From positions 17,360,001 to 17,424,000 of the forward strand of contig JBHGNT010000013.1 of assembly GCA_043228905.1 (NCBI GenBank): a stretch of DNA of 64,000 bases, read 5' to 3'. This document shows positions 49,116 to 63,280 of this stretch, one piece after another. How positions within the stretch are numbered: the first letter of the stretch is position 1; every line of letters begins with the position of its first letter. The translations under genes and the position numbers were made by a program. The stretch is from Azolla caroliniana. Taxonomy: Eukaryota > Plantae > Polypodiophyta. The notes beneath the pieces are model-generated. The model saw only the letters and a program-made list of their open reading frames with translations. It did no database searches and was not told the origin of the DNA.

Positions 49116-52100
49116 GAAGCGAAATGTGAGGTGGTGGTTTGTGCACGAGGATATGCCTTTGACTTCTATTTTTACTTCGGATAAAAATGTTAACTCTTTG
49201 TTAAGAGCTTGGAAATGTTTGTTGCCTAATCTTGTGCATAAACATCCTATATGGGAGGACGAGTGGAAAAGGCCACCAATTTGTTGGAACCCCTTGATTA
49301 AGGATGATTATGGTAATATGTTAAGAAGAAGGACAAGATTAAATTGGGCAGCATTTGATGAGGCATTTGCGGCTAATGTTGGTACTTGGTTAAACTTTAA
49401 TCAATCCTCTTGCGATGTTAAGGAACAAGTTTTGAAATCAATAAGAGATGGTACTTTAATGTTCCAAGAGACAAGTTACGCTTGTAATAGGATTTTGCCC
49501 TCTTCTTTTAATGCAAACCATGTATGGTAGGGAGCATTCTCTTCTCTTAATGTCTTGATTGGAGTAAGAGCTTATACATCTAATGAATCCTTCTTAGCAT
49601 TTATAATAGTTTCAGAGGGAAAATTGCAATGGGTTTCTATGGAGGATGACCTTCTCAATTTAGTGGAGTGGAAACCTATTAGGGTGGTTGGAAAAACATG
49701 GAAGGTATGTATTATTGATCCCCATCCTCAAAAAGTAAAACCTTTCTAGGATATTTGGGTTTGTGATAGTAAACCCTTATTGGAGTTAGAGTGGGATCCA
49801 GCGAAATGGTGGTGGAGAGATGCTAATGGTAAGATGGTTTCTTTCTTTGACTACTCTGTAAAAATTAAGTAGGGAATTCCAACGAAGGAGGAGTCTAGTT
49901 ATGCCGACTACAGCTAAGGTATGGTTAAATAATAATATGCCTATGCATTCAGTATTGGCATTTTGGAAATGGTTGTGGGCTTTACAAATTCCTCGCAAAA
50001 TCATTACATTTAGATGGTTGTGTGTACACTATGCACTTCCAATCTTGGAATGGATGCATAGGGAAGAGGGAACCAAAACTTGCTCTTTTTGTGGGCTTCA
50101 CTTGGAATCAATGCAACATGCCTTATGGAACTATATGGTTGCATGTTCTGTTTGGAAACATATGTTGCGTCTCATTGATGTTGCATATGGACCTAATGTG
50201 ATTACATGGGGAAATGTCTTTTGGATGGACGTAAATGTGGATAAAGATAATTATGAAAGGGAAAAGATATTGTTTACCCTTCAAACTAGGGGAAGGCAAG
50301 TTAAGGATATACCATACTCAAGCCCAAATCGGTTGAATGTGGATGACACGGTATGGGCTACGATATCGTGGGTGGTTCTATGGAATATTTGGATAGGTCG
50401 ATGCCAAAATGTGTTTCAGCAAATAAAGCAAAATCCTGTTCATTGTGTGAAGGAAATTTGGTTGATGCTTATATCAATTCTAAAAGGTCAATATGACTCC
50501 TTCACGGGTAATGAAGATATGATTTTTCTTAAACAACAATCCTTTAAAGGCAAATAGAAGGATTTGTTAGTTTTTGTGGAGAGAAATGACAAAATGGAAT
50601 GGCAATATGTACCCCCGCGATGGTTGTTCCCTCCATAACTGGAGGTTGGTTTCAATTATGAGATAATGGGGGATATCTTACCCGCCACTAAAATGTATCA
50701 TTATAAATTTATAGGTTTGTATTTGCTTATTGCATTGGTAATGGAAACTATGGTGTAGTTTATGTTTAAAAAATAATAATAATAATAATAATAAAATTGT
50801 ATTCTTCTTTTGCTTCGAAACTTTAGTCATTACATGTTCTCTTTTGATTTCTCCTACAAGTTCCCTTCAATTACTCCTACTTCAAATAAGAGTCTCTACT
50901 TTCACTATGTACATATTTCTAACAAGAGGAATCTCACACTTTACCAAACGAAAATAGATAAGTATATTTTTAACGTTCATGGAAACCAACAACCGACAAG
51001 AACCTATGGGACTAGGCATGGCCCATCACAAGAGTCAAACTTGGGGTTCTCTCAACTTTATGACATTGATGTGTGTAAAGTATAAGCCACCAAGCCAACA
51101 ACTAGAGAGAGAGAAACATCAGTTAGTCTAGTAAGAAGCCATGAGTGACAAAATAAACACCATATCTTCTTCTTCTTTTACCTCTGGCCCCATCATTTCC
51201 TTAGCTTCGTAGAAAAACCTTCGATGACCACTTTTGTTTTAACCACTTGTTCACTTCGAGAGATAAGAGGGAATATGTTATCTATCACCATCATGTGAAA
51301 CGACGATTGTTTACGTACGAAACACATGAGTGTATTCTTCAATTTCCGAATATGTCACCTGAAGATATTATGGCTTTATAAAGTGCTAAGCTTTGTATGA
51401 AAAACAACATGCTCTCTCTACATCTCTCAAGTCATGCCTAAGGGCAATCTTTTTGTCGAGCGAGAGTCGGAAGCAAGGTGCTCAAAGAAGGAAAACATAA
51501 GGAACCAACACATGGATGTGATAAAAACAAAAGGTTGGGATGCAATCTATGTGTTATCCTAAAAGTATAGAAGGGCTAATCTTTCATAAATATATTCACA
51601 ATAATTGCCCTATTTTCAACTCAAATTATACACTTCTAATTCCTTATAGGAATAGCTCCTATAATATTTCACTTGGCCAAAGAGACCTGCCTCTCCCCTA
51701 ACCCCAAAGAAACGGGACCATTCCGCATTCCTAGAAACTTCATGTCATGTTGAATTGTTGCTCTCTTCGACTTGCAAACCTTACATGTTCGGCTCTCTAA
51801 TATTTCCGCATGCCCCAATATATTCACACTCGCAATGATCTTGATCATGTCCATGAATGGTTCGAACAAATTCATACTCGACGATATTGATCATATCCAT
51901 GAATGGCACCTCATTCGGCTGATCCTTCACATAGATTGATTTAACTAACCAAGCAACAAGAATGACCGCATTCCATGTGAAAAAAAATGCTCTCTCTCTC
52001 TCTCATGTATAACCTTAAAAACATAGTTGTATGTTCTCCAATTAAAAGAATAAGAAATAGATTATTAGTGTAAACATGGTAAACCCTAAACCCTAAACAC

Positions 52101-52157
52101 CATGTGTATGTGCAATCCCAAACACGGTGGGATGGAGCGGAGAGAGGATTCGATCAA

Positions 52158-53740
52158 TCAATCACGCTTGTTGAGGGAGTTGAGGTAGACGGTGATGTTG
52201 TTGCCACGGACGACGGGCGGGAGAGCCGTGAAGGAGTCGTAATGGAGGAACACGCACGCGAGGAAGGCTTGGGCGAGGAACGGGACGAGGTCCGCGGCCG
52301 CACATTGCTTGTTGGACACCGAGGTTTGCCCATCCGCGGGCCCGTTGCCCCACACCACATACTTGAGCAAGCGCCTCCCGTCCTCCCCGACAAACCTACT
52401 AGCCACAAATGTGTCGGGCCGGTCGAACACTTCCGGGTCCCTCGTGGCGATCGGTTGGCAACCCCCCAATATCTCGCCTTTCTTCACCTCATACCTCCCA
52501 TCATGTGTCTCCACCACTAGGTCCTCCTTGGTTTTGGCGAATTGGTACGGCACGGGCGGTGACATCCGGAGGCTCTCGTAGACCGCGGATCGAATGAGCT
52601 CCATCCTCATTACCCCCGCGGCTGTGAGCTTCCCCCCGTCCCGCGCAGCCTCAGCCCTCACCTCGGCTGCCATTTCCTCATGCACCGCGTGCCCAGCCCT
52701 CCCGACATGCCCCATCATCGTTGGGAGGAAGAGATTGAACCCCCCGAACGCATTGAACCCTACGAAGAAGACAATGTTGTGGAGCGCATCGTGCTTGTCC
52801 AACCCGTACTTGCTCTCCGCGAGTTTGATGAGCTCCGCGCCGTGCTTCTTGAAGAATTTCACGAGCTTCCGATAGAAGCATGAGATGAACAAGTACGGGA
52901 TCGGGAACGTGTGGAGGAGGAGCTCCTCGAGGACATGGGGAATGACTCCTCCCGTGGTCGCGATCGGGGCTAGTTGGAGCCCATACCATGCTTGGAATAG
53001 GAAAGGCCCATTGGACTTGAGGTTCGAGGCCTTGGGATCTTGACCCACGAGGGTTCGGATCAACACATTGCATGCCACTTGAGCTGTTTGCTTGTTCACC
53101 TGGGCCTTGCCTTTCTTCTTGAGCTCCTTTTCCCACTTCGGGAAGATCTCGGTGGTCGCTGCCTCCATCTCCGGGACCCACTTGTCCGCCTTAGTCTTGA
53201 TAAGGTCCATGATGAATGACTTGAGCTTGGTATGCCTCTCCTCTGACGGGTCCAAATATGCACACGGACGTATCCCACCGAAGAATGACAAGCTCGGCAC
53301 GTAGTTTGCCAAGAGCAAGTTCTTCTTCTCCACCTTCAAAGCACAAGCAAAAGAAACATGTTTCGGACGGGTGCCATTTAGGAATTTGAGATTTGCTTAG
53401 CGCAAGACACCCGATGAACCATGCAAAGATGAGAGAATTTAAGAGGTTTTTTATCAAGGGTTTTGTCCCTTACCTTGGTGGTATCGAAGAGGATTGGAAA
53501 GCTCTTTTGGTCGAGAAGCATGATGGCCTTGGTTGTAGGGAAGCCGGGCGGCCCAGGAACAACATTTACTCTAAAGATCGTGCTATTATACTTCTCCTTC
53601 CTCGAGGTCCAAAACTTGGTTTCTCCTTGGAACCAGAAGAAATCAAGTCTATCTTTAATGGCCCCAAAGCAAGGGGATCCATACTTACCTGGTATAATCT
53701 TGAGTGGCTTCTCCTCATATTCTTCCTTATCTATCTCCAT
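52158..53740 (-). CDS. CYP74: Cytochrome P450 CYP74 family, hydroperoxide-lyase-like; exons 53474-53740 and 52158-53333, 480 aa
   Basis: PG.YG.P..GAIKDRLDFFWFQG, YLDPSEERH, I-helix GFNAFGG, ESLR and the CYP74 heme motif NKQCAA. 140-nt phase-0 GT-AG intron at 53334-53473; frame intact. Confidence 0.95.
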
Positions 53741-53869
53741 GGCCAAACCAATCTCAATGTTTCACAACTCTCTCTTGGGGAGAAAAATGCAAGGTTAGAT
53801 GCCTTTAAAAAGATAGATTAGACACACACACACGAATAATATATTTGGACTGATAGAGATGATAGAGAC

Positions 53870-54060
53870 CATACTTTATTATAAACAATGGACATGCCCC
53901 TTACGAATGCACGAGTTCTTTGTGTAAGTTTGACCAGACAACTCGAGAATCGAGATTAGGCCCAACATTATTAACAAAAGGAAAATACTTAGGATTTGAT
54001 CTCTTTAGAGCTGTGGGGATAAAGTCACAAATTACACCACGTGTTTGACCACGTAAACAC
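53870..54060 (-). promoter_or_regulatory. Putative CYP74 proximal promoter
   Basis: TATA-like TTTATAATAAA at ~53875-53885, G-box CACGTG at 54038-54043, W-box TTGACC at 54045-54050 and CACGTA at 54050-54055. Confidence 0.35.
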
Positions 54061-54484
54061 CTCATAATGGGGGTCCATGTGTCAATATTAGCTAACATTT
54101 ACAGCTCTAGATGACTTAGAACACCACTATTATTTTCCCAAAGTGTGGGGCTAGTGATGTGGCATGCTCCAATACTTACAATAGGTCTTCTTTGGTATAT
54201 GGCATACAACTCAATACACTTATACTCCCATTCAAACAAATCGCATAGAACTTAAGTAAGACAAATTTCCATACTTGGATAGCTAGGCATGATAGCATAC
54301 CAAATGTCTTAGTGGACAACTCAATGCTCAAAGTCTCATTACAAGGTGTAAAGTGTTCTTCATTGTCTCACCATCGACAAAACCAAAAAATGCTTTACGA
54401 ATCAGGTGATTGATAATTTCGGATACAATTTTATTTACAAATGGGAGGTGGACCCAAGAATGGCATCAAGTGCCTAAAGAATGA

Positions 54485-54800
54485 AAAGACATTGTCCCCT
54501 CACAAATATTCAATATTGCTTAATATTTTATGCTACTCCGACTATCATGTGAAATCGGGCCAATGCCTTACAAATATCAAGTGTTGCCTTATATTTTAAG
54601 CTTCTTCAACCATCATGTAAATTTTGGCCAATGTTTGGGTGCATGTAAAAGACATTGTTCCCTTAGAAATATCCAATATGGCCTTATCTGTTACACTACC
54701 TCAACTATCATGTAAGATGCGGCCAATGTGTATGCCTCTTCCCTTACAAATATCCAATATCACCTTACATTTACTTCAATCGCCAATGCAAATTTTGCAT
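54485..54800. repeat. Degenerate ~80-bp minisatellite, ~4 units
   Basis: CCTTACAAATATCCAAT...ATCATGT...GGCCAATG recurs. Confidence 0.6.
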
Positions 54801-56489
54801 TAATCAACTTGTGTCACATCCCATTCTCTAAGATGCATGTAATTACATATAAACATAGCTAGGTTAAATTCAACACAAACAATATATGAAACTCAAGGTC
54901 TAAATTATTTTGAAAGTGGAGCCTTTGATAAAATTAATAATAATTTTGTAGCAATGAAGATATCCATGGATGAACAACACGCACACACACATAGAGGATG
55001 TATATATGTAAGTATATAATGTGAAAACCAGTTTTTATGGCACACCCTCACATAGTAAGCAAAAAAGTTGCATTGATTTTACTCCTTCAAGGACGTACTC
55101 TCTAACATTGCACATTTAACGCATTCATGTTATACGCAACGAGAACCTATCTTTGAACACCACACCACATGCATCAAATATATGTAGGTTGATAACGTGA
55201 AAGCGAACTTTTTGACGTACATGCATGCACATTGACACACACAAATAGCGTGCATCTTGCATTTATGTCCATTCCTTCAAGGCCATACTTTTCAATCCTT
55301 GCACATTTTACACATTGATTTTTTTAGCTTTCAATCTAGCAAGGAAACTATGGGTGGACCCTCTTATTTTGGCGAGCGTTGGAGAAATTTTATTGTGCTA
55401 CTTGAGACATTTGGGTGTTGAAAATTCGTCCCATCATAAATGAAGAATTTTCAAGAGTATGAAATGGTTGCTTTATCAACTAATTAAGTCTTTGTATATT
55501 CCACCAAACTTGAATAACTTGTTGTAGAATAACTTTGTTTGTCATTTCTTTGGAGTTGTCAACAAATATCATTATGTGTTTACCAACCTAAGAAAAATAA
55601 TACACATTGATATTAAGAAGATAATTCAATCATGTGATTTGGCATTGATGAGTATCCAAGTCTCCGAAGCATACACCTTTTTAACCATCATCATTATAGC
55701 AATTTAAATTCCCTTCATTGTGAACTTTCAATCTCTCTTCATCGTTTCTTACTCATATTTCTTCTTGGTCATTTCGGGTGTATCTACCCATATCACCGAG
55801 GGAAAAAAACTTTATAAGCTTGGAAGTGTGTTTTGCTCCATCCATTAATTTTTCTAAAGTTTGGCTCCCTCTTGTATAGTATATATGTGTAAGTTCATGA
55901 GCTAAATGTTTCTTTCAGTAAAATATGGAGTTGTATTGATTATGAAAAGTAAAATAAAGCCATAGTAACTCAAACAATAGAGGATTGTGGGGTCATTCAT
56001 GAGCGAAACATTTGAATTTGTGACTCATGGAACATGTACCTTACAAATTTGATTCGACCAACTCGAACTTGGCACAATCATTTCTTAATATGTTGTTGCT
56101 CTTTCTATCTCAAACACATTGATTTTTAAAAGAAATAATTGAATGTATGGTATTGAACAACATGCACATTAAATATGTAACATAATTTCTCTTAATCGTC
56201 GAAAAAGTATCGCATTTTTTCTGGGTGAAAATGTGTCTTTGTTGGCAAGCCGCAAGACATTTCGCACATTGCCGAAGTTTTTTGTCACCTCTCTCTCTCT
56301 CTCTCTCTCTATAGTAATTAGTAATTACATTACCCTAGTGGTAAGAGTCTTGGGTTTGTAACCAAAATTTCTCACCTCTTTATTACTCTATACATATTCT
56401 CTTAATTTACTAGATGCCATTGAGGAATGTAAGAGTTGAAGTTTGAACCCATTTGGGCGACCTTACCAATTAAGCTACATCCATCTAAG

Positions 56490-56490
<1 letters not shown>

Positions 56491-56525
<35 letters not shown>

Positions 56526-56546
56526 TCTCTCTCTCTCTCTCTCTCT
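56491..56546. repeat. (CT)n microsatellite (a second tract at 56289-56310)
   Basis: Seen directly. Confidence 0.95.
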
Positions 56547-58213
56547 TAAATTATTGTATTCAACCATTGAGTTTTGGAGAAAATGATGTCTCAAAGTATG
56601 TAGTGCAACTACTATTTCGAAATATAAAGCTTTGCTTGTGAAACGTGATTGGTCGAGCTATATCTATGTTCTCAAACACTTTACCACTACATTGACAGGC
56701 CCAACACTTCAAGAATTTGAATGATGGAATGAGAGCCAATTGGAGAGCTTTCAATGCAAAATTGATGGTACCTGGAAAATACAACCCCAAGCAATCATGT
56801 CCACTAGTTGCGTAAAGTTTACGAAAACATTTTCCTAGGTCCAAAACTAGGTTAGAGGAAAAGATATGATAAAAACAAGTAATTGAAGCACACATAATTG
56901 ATATTGTGTGTGAGTAGATATATAATTCAAGAAGTTTGAGTATCAAGATCTCCCATGTTGAGAACTCATCCATATAAATGGTGGCCACATGCAACTTGAA
57001 AAGGAGGTTGCAACAAATTTAAAGGACAACCTTATAATTGTTTCAACTTTGCCGTATTAAAGTTGATGCATTTGTACACTTTCCCAAACCTCTTTGTAAA
57101 GTCCAGCTCATTGTTATTACTCTATATTTGTATTTTTTGAAGTGGCAATTGTTGCACTTTTTGAGTTCAAGAATATGTATCATGTTAAGGCTAGAAGTTA
57201 GGGCCGATGATTAAGCAAATACAATTATATTTAACGAAATAAATGGATTAAGGGACTTTTTCCTCCCCACCACCCCAAAGCAAAGGAATCGAAATAGATC
57301 TTAAACACCATTTACGTATCATACCATTGAATCTCTCCTACGATCAAACCATGGATGCAAATCCACAAAGCGCTATTGTTAGCCAGAGCCTCGAAACATC
57401 ACCAAATTTCTCTCTCAATGAGGTTACATACTTCTCATTTTGTACTTGCACGTTCCTAGGTCACCACATGTACTTGCCATTTCGATTGCTTGAAAAGTGC
57501 TTCAATTATATTGTTTTTCACTTGGGTGTGACTCCTTCCAATTCTTTTACTATGTGGGACATAGGAAAAATAGAATAGTTGTTAGAATAATAATTATGAT
57601 TCATCATTCTCTTGGATTATCATCTAACAAACAAGATCTTGATTTGTTGCAAACAACATGATTGAATAAAGGATTAAAAAAACCCATTGTATCAAACTCC
57701 AACATTAAACATGAGTGGATCAATGTTCCATCTCCAACGTAAAGGCTTTTACAAATCCTTGATATGTAGGATTTTTAATATACGACTATACAATTCACAC
57801 AAGGTTATAATCCCTGACATTAGCGTCCTACATTCCTTGGTGGTTGTGACATAAAAGGGTAAAAATCCTTGATACGTAGGATGTTTAGTCTATGACTATT
57901 ACACAAGCTTATAATCTATGACATTGATGTTATACATTGCTTGGTGGTTGTGACATTGAATGGTAAACAAAGTAGCATTAGAGTTCCACATTCTTGGATG
58001 GTTGTGAAATTCAAGGGTAAACAAATTGACAAAAAAATCACAACCATCCAATAATTTAAAAATGACAACAAATTCACAACCCACATTCTTGGATCCATGG
58101 CTAGCCTTTGTCTTACACAAGACGGGCTTGGGAAGGATAGTTGCTTCCTTTCCATCTATTTTTTATGTTTTAGCTGATATGCCTTTTTTAAAACTAATGG
58201 AAGGATATTTTGT

Positions 58214-61200
58214 TTGACAAGATTGAGTACCCTCAATGGTGTTGAGAAGGTGAACACTAGTGCAAATGGTTGGACTTGTGTTTTTTTTTTATGCAAAAAT
58301 GGTTGGCAACGAGAAGTAAACACGGATATGTCTCATGTAGATTTGAGAAATCATTTTGAAGTGTTGCAAGAAGAGGAGGACCTAGCACAAGATCCAAGGA
58401 AAACTATTGTTGAAGAGGTGGTAGCATGTACGCCCGACGTCTTGTTAAAAAGTGCAACACTTAGACAGGAATCTACCATGAGCTCCCCTTCCTCCATTGG
58501 CAAAAGTGGAAGTATTGGATTGAGAGCAATGAAAGACTGGTTACGTAACGAGAGGTGTCGAGAAAGCTCATTCATCACTCCCAAAATTCAAAAGTTGCAA
58601 GAGTTGAGACAAGTAAGTACGGAGGCAAATGTTAGAGTTCCAGTCAAATTTGTTAGGTCAAAAATATTGGAAGGGGACATGCTGGACAAGGGATATAGGT
58701 TTAGTTAGCAGGCTCTCACAAGACTGGCGATGAGGTGTTACACTTCCATGAGGAGGAAATGGAAGAAGCTACAAGGCAAGATGTGGTTTTAGGATGTGAG
58801 AGGATCAAGGAGGGAGGTTGGGCATGGGCTCGTAGGGAGGGACTATGTCCGTCTTGGGAGACTTCACAATTGATCTCATAAAATTAATCGCGTGGAACAT
58901 ACAAGGGCTAGGCGGCAACAAATGCATGATGGAGAGGAAGAACCTCCGTCAAGAGTTCAAATCCCCAAGCTTTAAGGGGATCCCATACATTTTTCTCTTG
59001 CAAGAGCACCATTTGAGTACGAATAGAATCTTGAGTATTGCTTGGCATACTTTTTGGTTCCCAACTTAGGGTGAGCATGGTAGAAAAGGGGGTGTTTGTA
59101 CATCTATCAAGAATAATTCGGATATTATTGTTGTGGGCGAGGGCACCATAGTGGAGGGACGTGCCATCTATGTGACTGTCAGATGGCAACAATGTATCAT
59201 TAGAATAATAAATGTGTACGCGCCCAATCCGTTAGCGATGCGGGCCCTTTTTTGGAGGCAATTGGCCACTAGCCTGCCGATTGTAGATGCGTGGATCCTC
59301 ACAAGGGATTTTACCATGACTTTGAACACATAGGACAAGGTGGGGGGCATGCATATGGTGGTGCAGGGGTCCAAGTTAGTTGCATGGGATTTGTTGATGG
59401 GCAGAATGGGTGTGAAAGATTCTTGGTATGTACTAAAAAAGCCTTGGAGCTCGCTAAGCTTCTCAAGAGCAGGTTGTAATATAAATGGCTTTTGTATGTC
59501 TCGCATAGACAGAATATACATAAGCTCAGAACTGAAAAAATATGGCAGCAATGTTGAAATCATCGCAGGCTTGACTTACTCTGATCATATGCTGGTTAAT
59601 ATTATGTTGGTCAATCAGAGGAGGAAAAAAAGGGACTGCAACTTGAGGATTAGCAGTAAACTTTTTGAGGATGTGGAGGTGGGAAGGAAGATAAGGAGTA
59701 TATGGGAAAATAATCCAGTTGGTTGTGGTGCACTGGATAATCTTCGGGGAAAGATTATTGAAACTTCAATATATTTGCATGAAGTGACTAAAAATAGAAT
59801 TGTGAGGTCTAAGGAAAGAGAGGTGAGATTAAGAGGATCGATAGCGGCTGCCCAAAGAATGCTTTAGCAAAATCCCAAGCGTCAATGGTCGAGATCAGGT
59901 CTTGAGGCTGCTAAAGAAACACTACAACGGTTGATTGTGTCTAGAAATAAGATGGTATTCAGGAGTTCAGCAGCATGGTGGAACATGAACGGGGACAAGG
60001 TGAACCAACAATTTTTTAAGTATAAAAAACCGAGAACAAATGGTAGCTACAATCCTAAGCTGATTAAGGAGGATGGTTCATTGTCAGAGGATGTATCGGA
60101 GATCATGGAGGCAGTCACAACTTATTATAGTGGGCTACTCTCATATAGTTATAGTCTCCTTGAACAGCCTTCATTGGCAGAACTTGTACTGGAGGGAATG
60201 CAACCAAGAATTTCAGAGGTTGCACAAGTTAAGTTGTTAGGGCCACTCTTGGAAGAGGAGGTGTCAGACACTTTGGCAAGTATATGTAGCACGTCTTGCC
60301 CAGGTGTCGACGGATTATCAAAAGTTTTTTTTGAAATTTTTTGGGAAGTGATTAAGGTTGATCTGGTTGCTGGTCTAAATGAGGCATGGGATGTTGGGTG
60401 CTTACTTGAGCATTTTAAAGAGGGGTTGATATTTCTAATTCCTACGGTACATGGTATAACGGATGTGAGGCAATGGAGACTGATTACGTTGCTCAACACA
60501 ATTTATAAGATTTTTGCTAATGTTCTGGCAAAGAGGATCAAACCTCACTTGCATGCGCTAATTAATGTTGGACAAACAGGATTATGATAATAGATGTATA
60601 ATTGAAAATGTGTTGACCTTTTGGGAGGTGATTTCCTTGGCAAAGAAAATCAATCAACATATTGTATGTCTCATGCTTGACTTCGAGAAGGCATATGACA
60701 GAGTACAATGGCCTTTTTAAGACAAAGACATGGAGCGATTAGGACTACCTTCAAAATGGATATCAGGTGCATTGGCCCTTTACAAAGGAAGCTTGAGTAG
60801 GGTGTTGGTGTTAGGGCATCGGGGCCCATCAATTCCATTATGTAGGTTTGTCAGGCAGGGTTGCCCGTTGGCCCCCTATCTTTATTTATTTATTTCGGAG
60901 GCTTTTTTTTTTTAATAGACTGGATGCAGGAATACGGGGATTAGTTGTCCCACATGCTTGCAAGGACTTGTTGGAATCCATGTATGCAGATGACACTATG
61001 CTCTATCTGCAAGGCAATGATACTAATTTACAACAGGCCGAAAAATGGATTGAGTTGTTTTGTAAAGCATGAGGTGGGAAAATTAACTCGAACAAAAGTA
61101 GAGGGTTTTGGGTAAGTCCAAACCCATGGCCGCTTTGGAACCCTAATGCTGATTTTCAATGGGTCCCTAATGGAATGGTTGTTAAATATTTGGGCTTTTT

Positions 61201-63280
61201 GGTGGGAGTTGAGATTCAGAAAAATCACCAGCTTGAGCAAGTGAAAGATAAAATTGGAAAAAAGCTTCGGTTATGGGCATTAGTAAAGCTTTCCCTTGCA
61301 GGTAGAGTGGTTGTGGTAAACCACATTTTGTTGGCCACCATGTGGCACTCGTTGGCATGATGGATGTTAGACAAATATTGCATCAAAAACATTAAAGCAA
61401 TGGTGAGAGGGTTCCTTTGGTCGGGTAGAGACCATGAGACAACGTCAGCTAAAGTGGCCTGGAGTTGTTTGATGATTGATCAAGGAGAAAAATCAGGGTG
61501 GACTTGGGCTGGTGGATTTGATTCACCAAAGTAAGGCTTTACTTGGTAAGCTCATGGTGTGAAGTCTCCAACATGGACCAGAATTGTGGAAGTTGCTTCT
61601 TAGGAACAGAGCTGAACTGTGGTGTCTGAGGAACGGCAGCCCTTGGAAGGCAAAGAAGTGGTGGTTATTCAATCTAGGCCTAAAGTCAAAAGAACTGACT
61701 AACATGGAGGATAGGGTAGCCCGCACCATAATGAGGGTCTGGTCAAGTTTAAGAGGGGTTGGTGTTAATGTAGCCAAAAACGATGGAGGAACAACTATGA
61801 CAACCACTATTTTGGAACCCCAGGATTAGAAGTGATGACGATATGATGTTGGGCAGAAAAAATACTTGCCATGGGGGCAAATGTTAGGGTACAATGTTAA
61901 TTCAGTAAGAGACTAGGAAGTTTTCAAAAGGAAGAGAAGGGAGGGTTTGGTTGGTAATACTAGGTTTACTGGCAGGCTGGAAAAGGTGACCCGTTTGATA
62001 GATAAGGTTGTTGATGGTCTAGCTAGGCCGAATGAAGAAGAGGGGGTCTGGTTTGGGTGGTTTTGTAGGTGAGGGTGATGCACAAATTATCCGTGGCAGG
62101 TGCCCATCGAATGAGTATCGTTTGTGGGGCAACCTAAGTGCTTTGTCAGACAATGGCCAGTGGTTGGTAGTGTTGGAAGGTAAGAAGTGGCAAGTAAACC
62201 CGGACCCAAGGAAGCTTGAAACTGATTGTAAACTTTGGATAGTTGACAACAAGCCCATATCTGATTTGGATTGGGATCCACTAGAGGTGTGGTGATAGAA
62301 ACCGGGAACAGACAAACTGGAAAGGTTTTTCGAGTACAGTACTAAGCTAGGAAGGCAAATCATTGGCTCCAAATCAATGGGCGCTGCTCTAACTCCCAAT
62401 AGTTGGAGGGATAAAGGAATATCTGATGACTTGTTGAAGTAGTTTTGGAGGAGACTATGGGCGTTCGATATGCTAGAAAAAATAAAGCTTTGGTTGTGGT
62501 TTCTTAGTCATAAAGCGATACCAATGGGAGAGTGGCTGAGGTGTCGTGGTGGTGAGGCTGGTTGCAAGATATGTGGACACCCTTTGGAATCAATCCCTCA
62601 CTGCTTTTGGAATTTCAGAGAGGCTATTAGCATTTGGGATAGAAGTCTTAGGATAGTGGTAGCATGCGGTGTGAATGGGAGAGTTGTATGGGGGTCCTTA
62701 CAAGGGCTGAAGTTAACAGGGGAAGGCTGGGCTGAACAGTTAAACCCCCACGGTCATGGATTTATAGTGCAGGGTGGCAAGGTATTTCAACGTGCTGGAG
62801 TTTGACCTGGCACTAACTCAAATTTTTGTGAAGCGATATGGATGATGGTGTCTTGTTTATTGGTCTGGCACAGTTGGACCAGGTGTGGTAAGTTTGTTTT
62901 TCATTAGCAAAAGCTCCCTAGCGGTGAGGTGTTGTTAAATATCTAGATCGAGCTGGTATCTTGATTGTGGGGACGGTACGACTTGATTCATGGGGAATCT
63001 AATGTAGCTGAAAGAGCTCGGTCAAAGTTCTTGCTGAAATGGGGTAGTTCTCCTATGGTGGGCAGATCATCATCAAGGTCTGAATGGAACTACCAAGCAC
63101 CCTGATGGCTGTTTCTGCCAATGGCTTCCATTAGTGACTGGGTGCTGTAAATATGTATAGATATGGTACAAGTTAATTACTAGGTTATAGGAGTTGTTGG
63201 GATACTTTTGTTGAAAATGAGGTGGGGACTATGACCACTTTGGTGAGAAGGCCAGAGTGAGGGTTGCTGAAATTTTGGTG
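58214..63280 (+). mobile_element. Decayed L1-clade LINE (ORF1 tail plus APE endonuclease-RT-zinc finger)
   Basis: AWNIQGLG, LQEHH, INVYAP, SRIDRIY, SDH, CPGVDG, LDFEKAYDRV, RQGCPLAP, YADD and CKICGHPLESIPHCFW. Many stops; both ends approximate. Confidence 0.9.

Larger units (their letters stand above)
45572..50794 (+). mobile_element. 5'-truncated L1-clade LINE (decayed ORF2) with two solo-LTR insertions
   Basis: WRPITILNTIYKI, LDFEKAYDRV, RQGCPLAP, FVDD and the C-terminal CSFC...H zinc finger. (TAA)n tail; 17-bp TSD AATTG(C/T)ATTCTTCTTTT at 45555-45571 and 50795-50811. Confidence 0.92.

Noticed and set aside
52081-52098. Telomere repeat AAACCCT x2
   Set aside because: Too short; at most a telo-box downstream of the CYP74 stop.
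56330-56482. A/B-box-like fragments (possible SINE) between CT tracts
   Set aside because: Box spacing is too short and degenerate to call.
57750-58100. Degenerate direct and inverted repeats
   Set aside because: No definable element boundaries; probably old TE debris.
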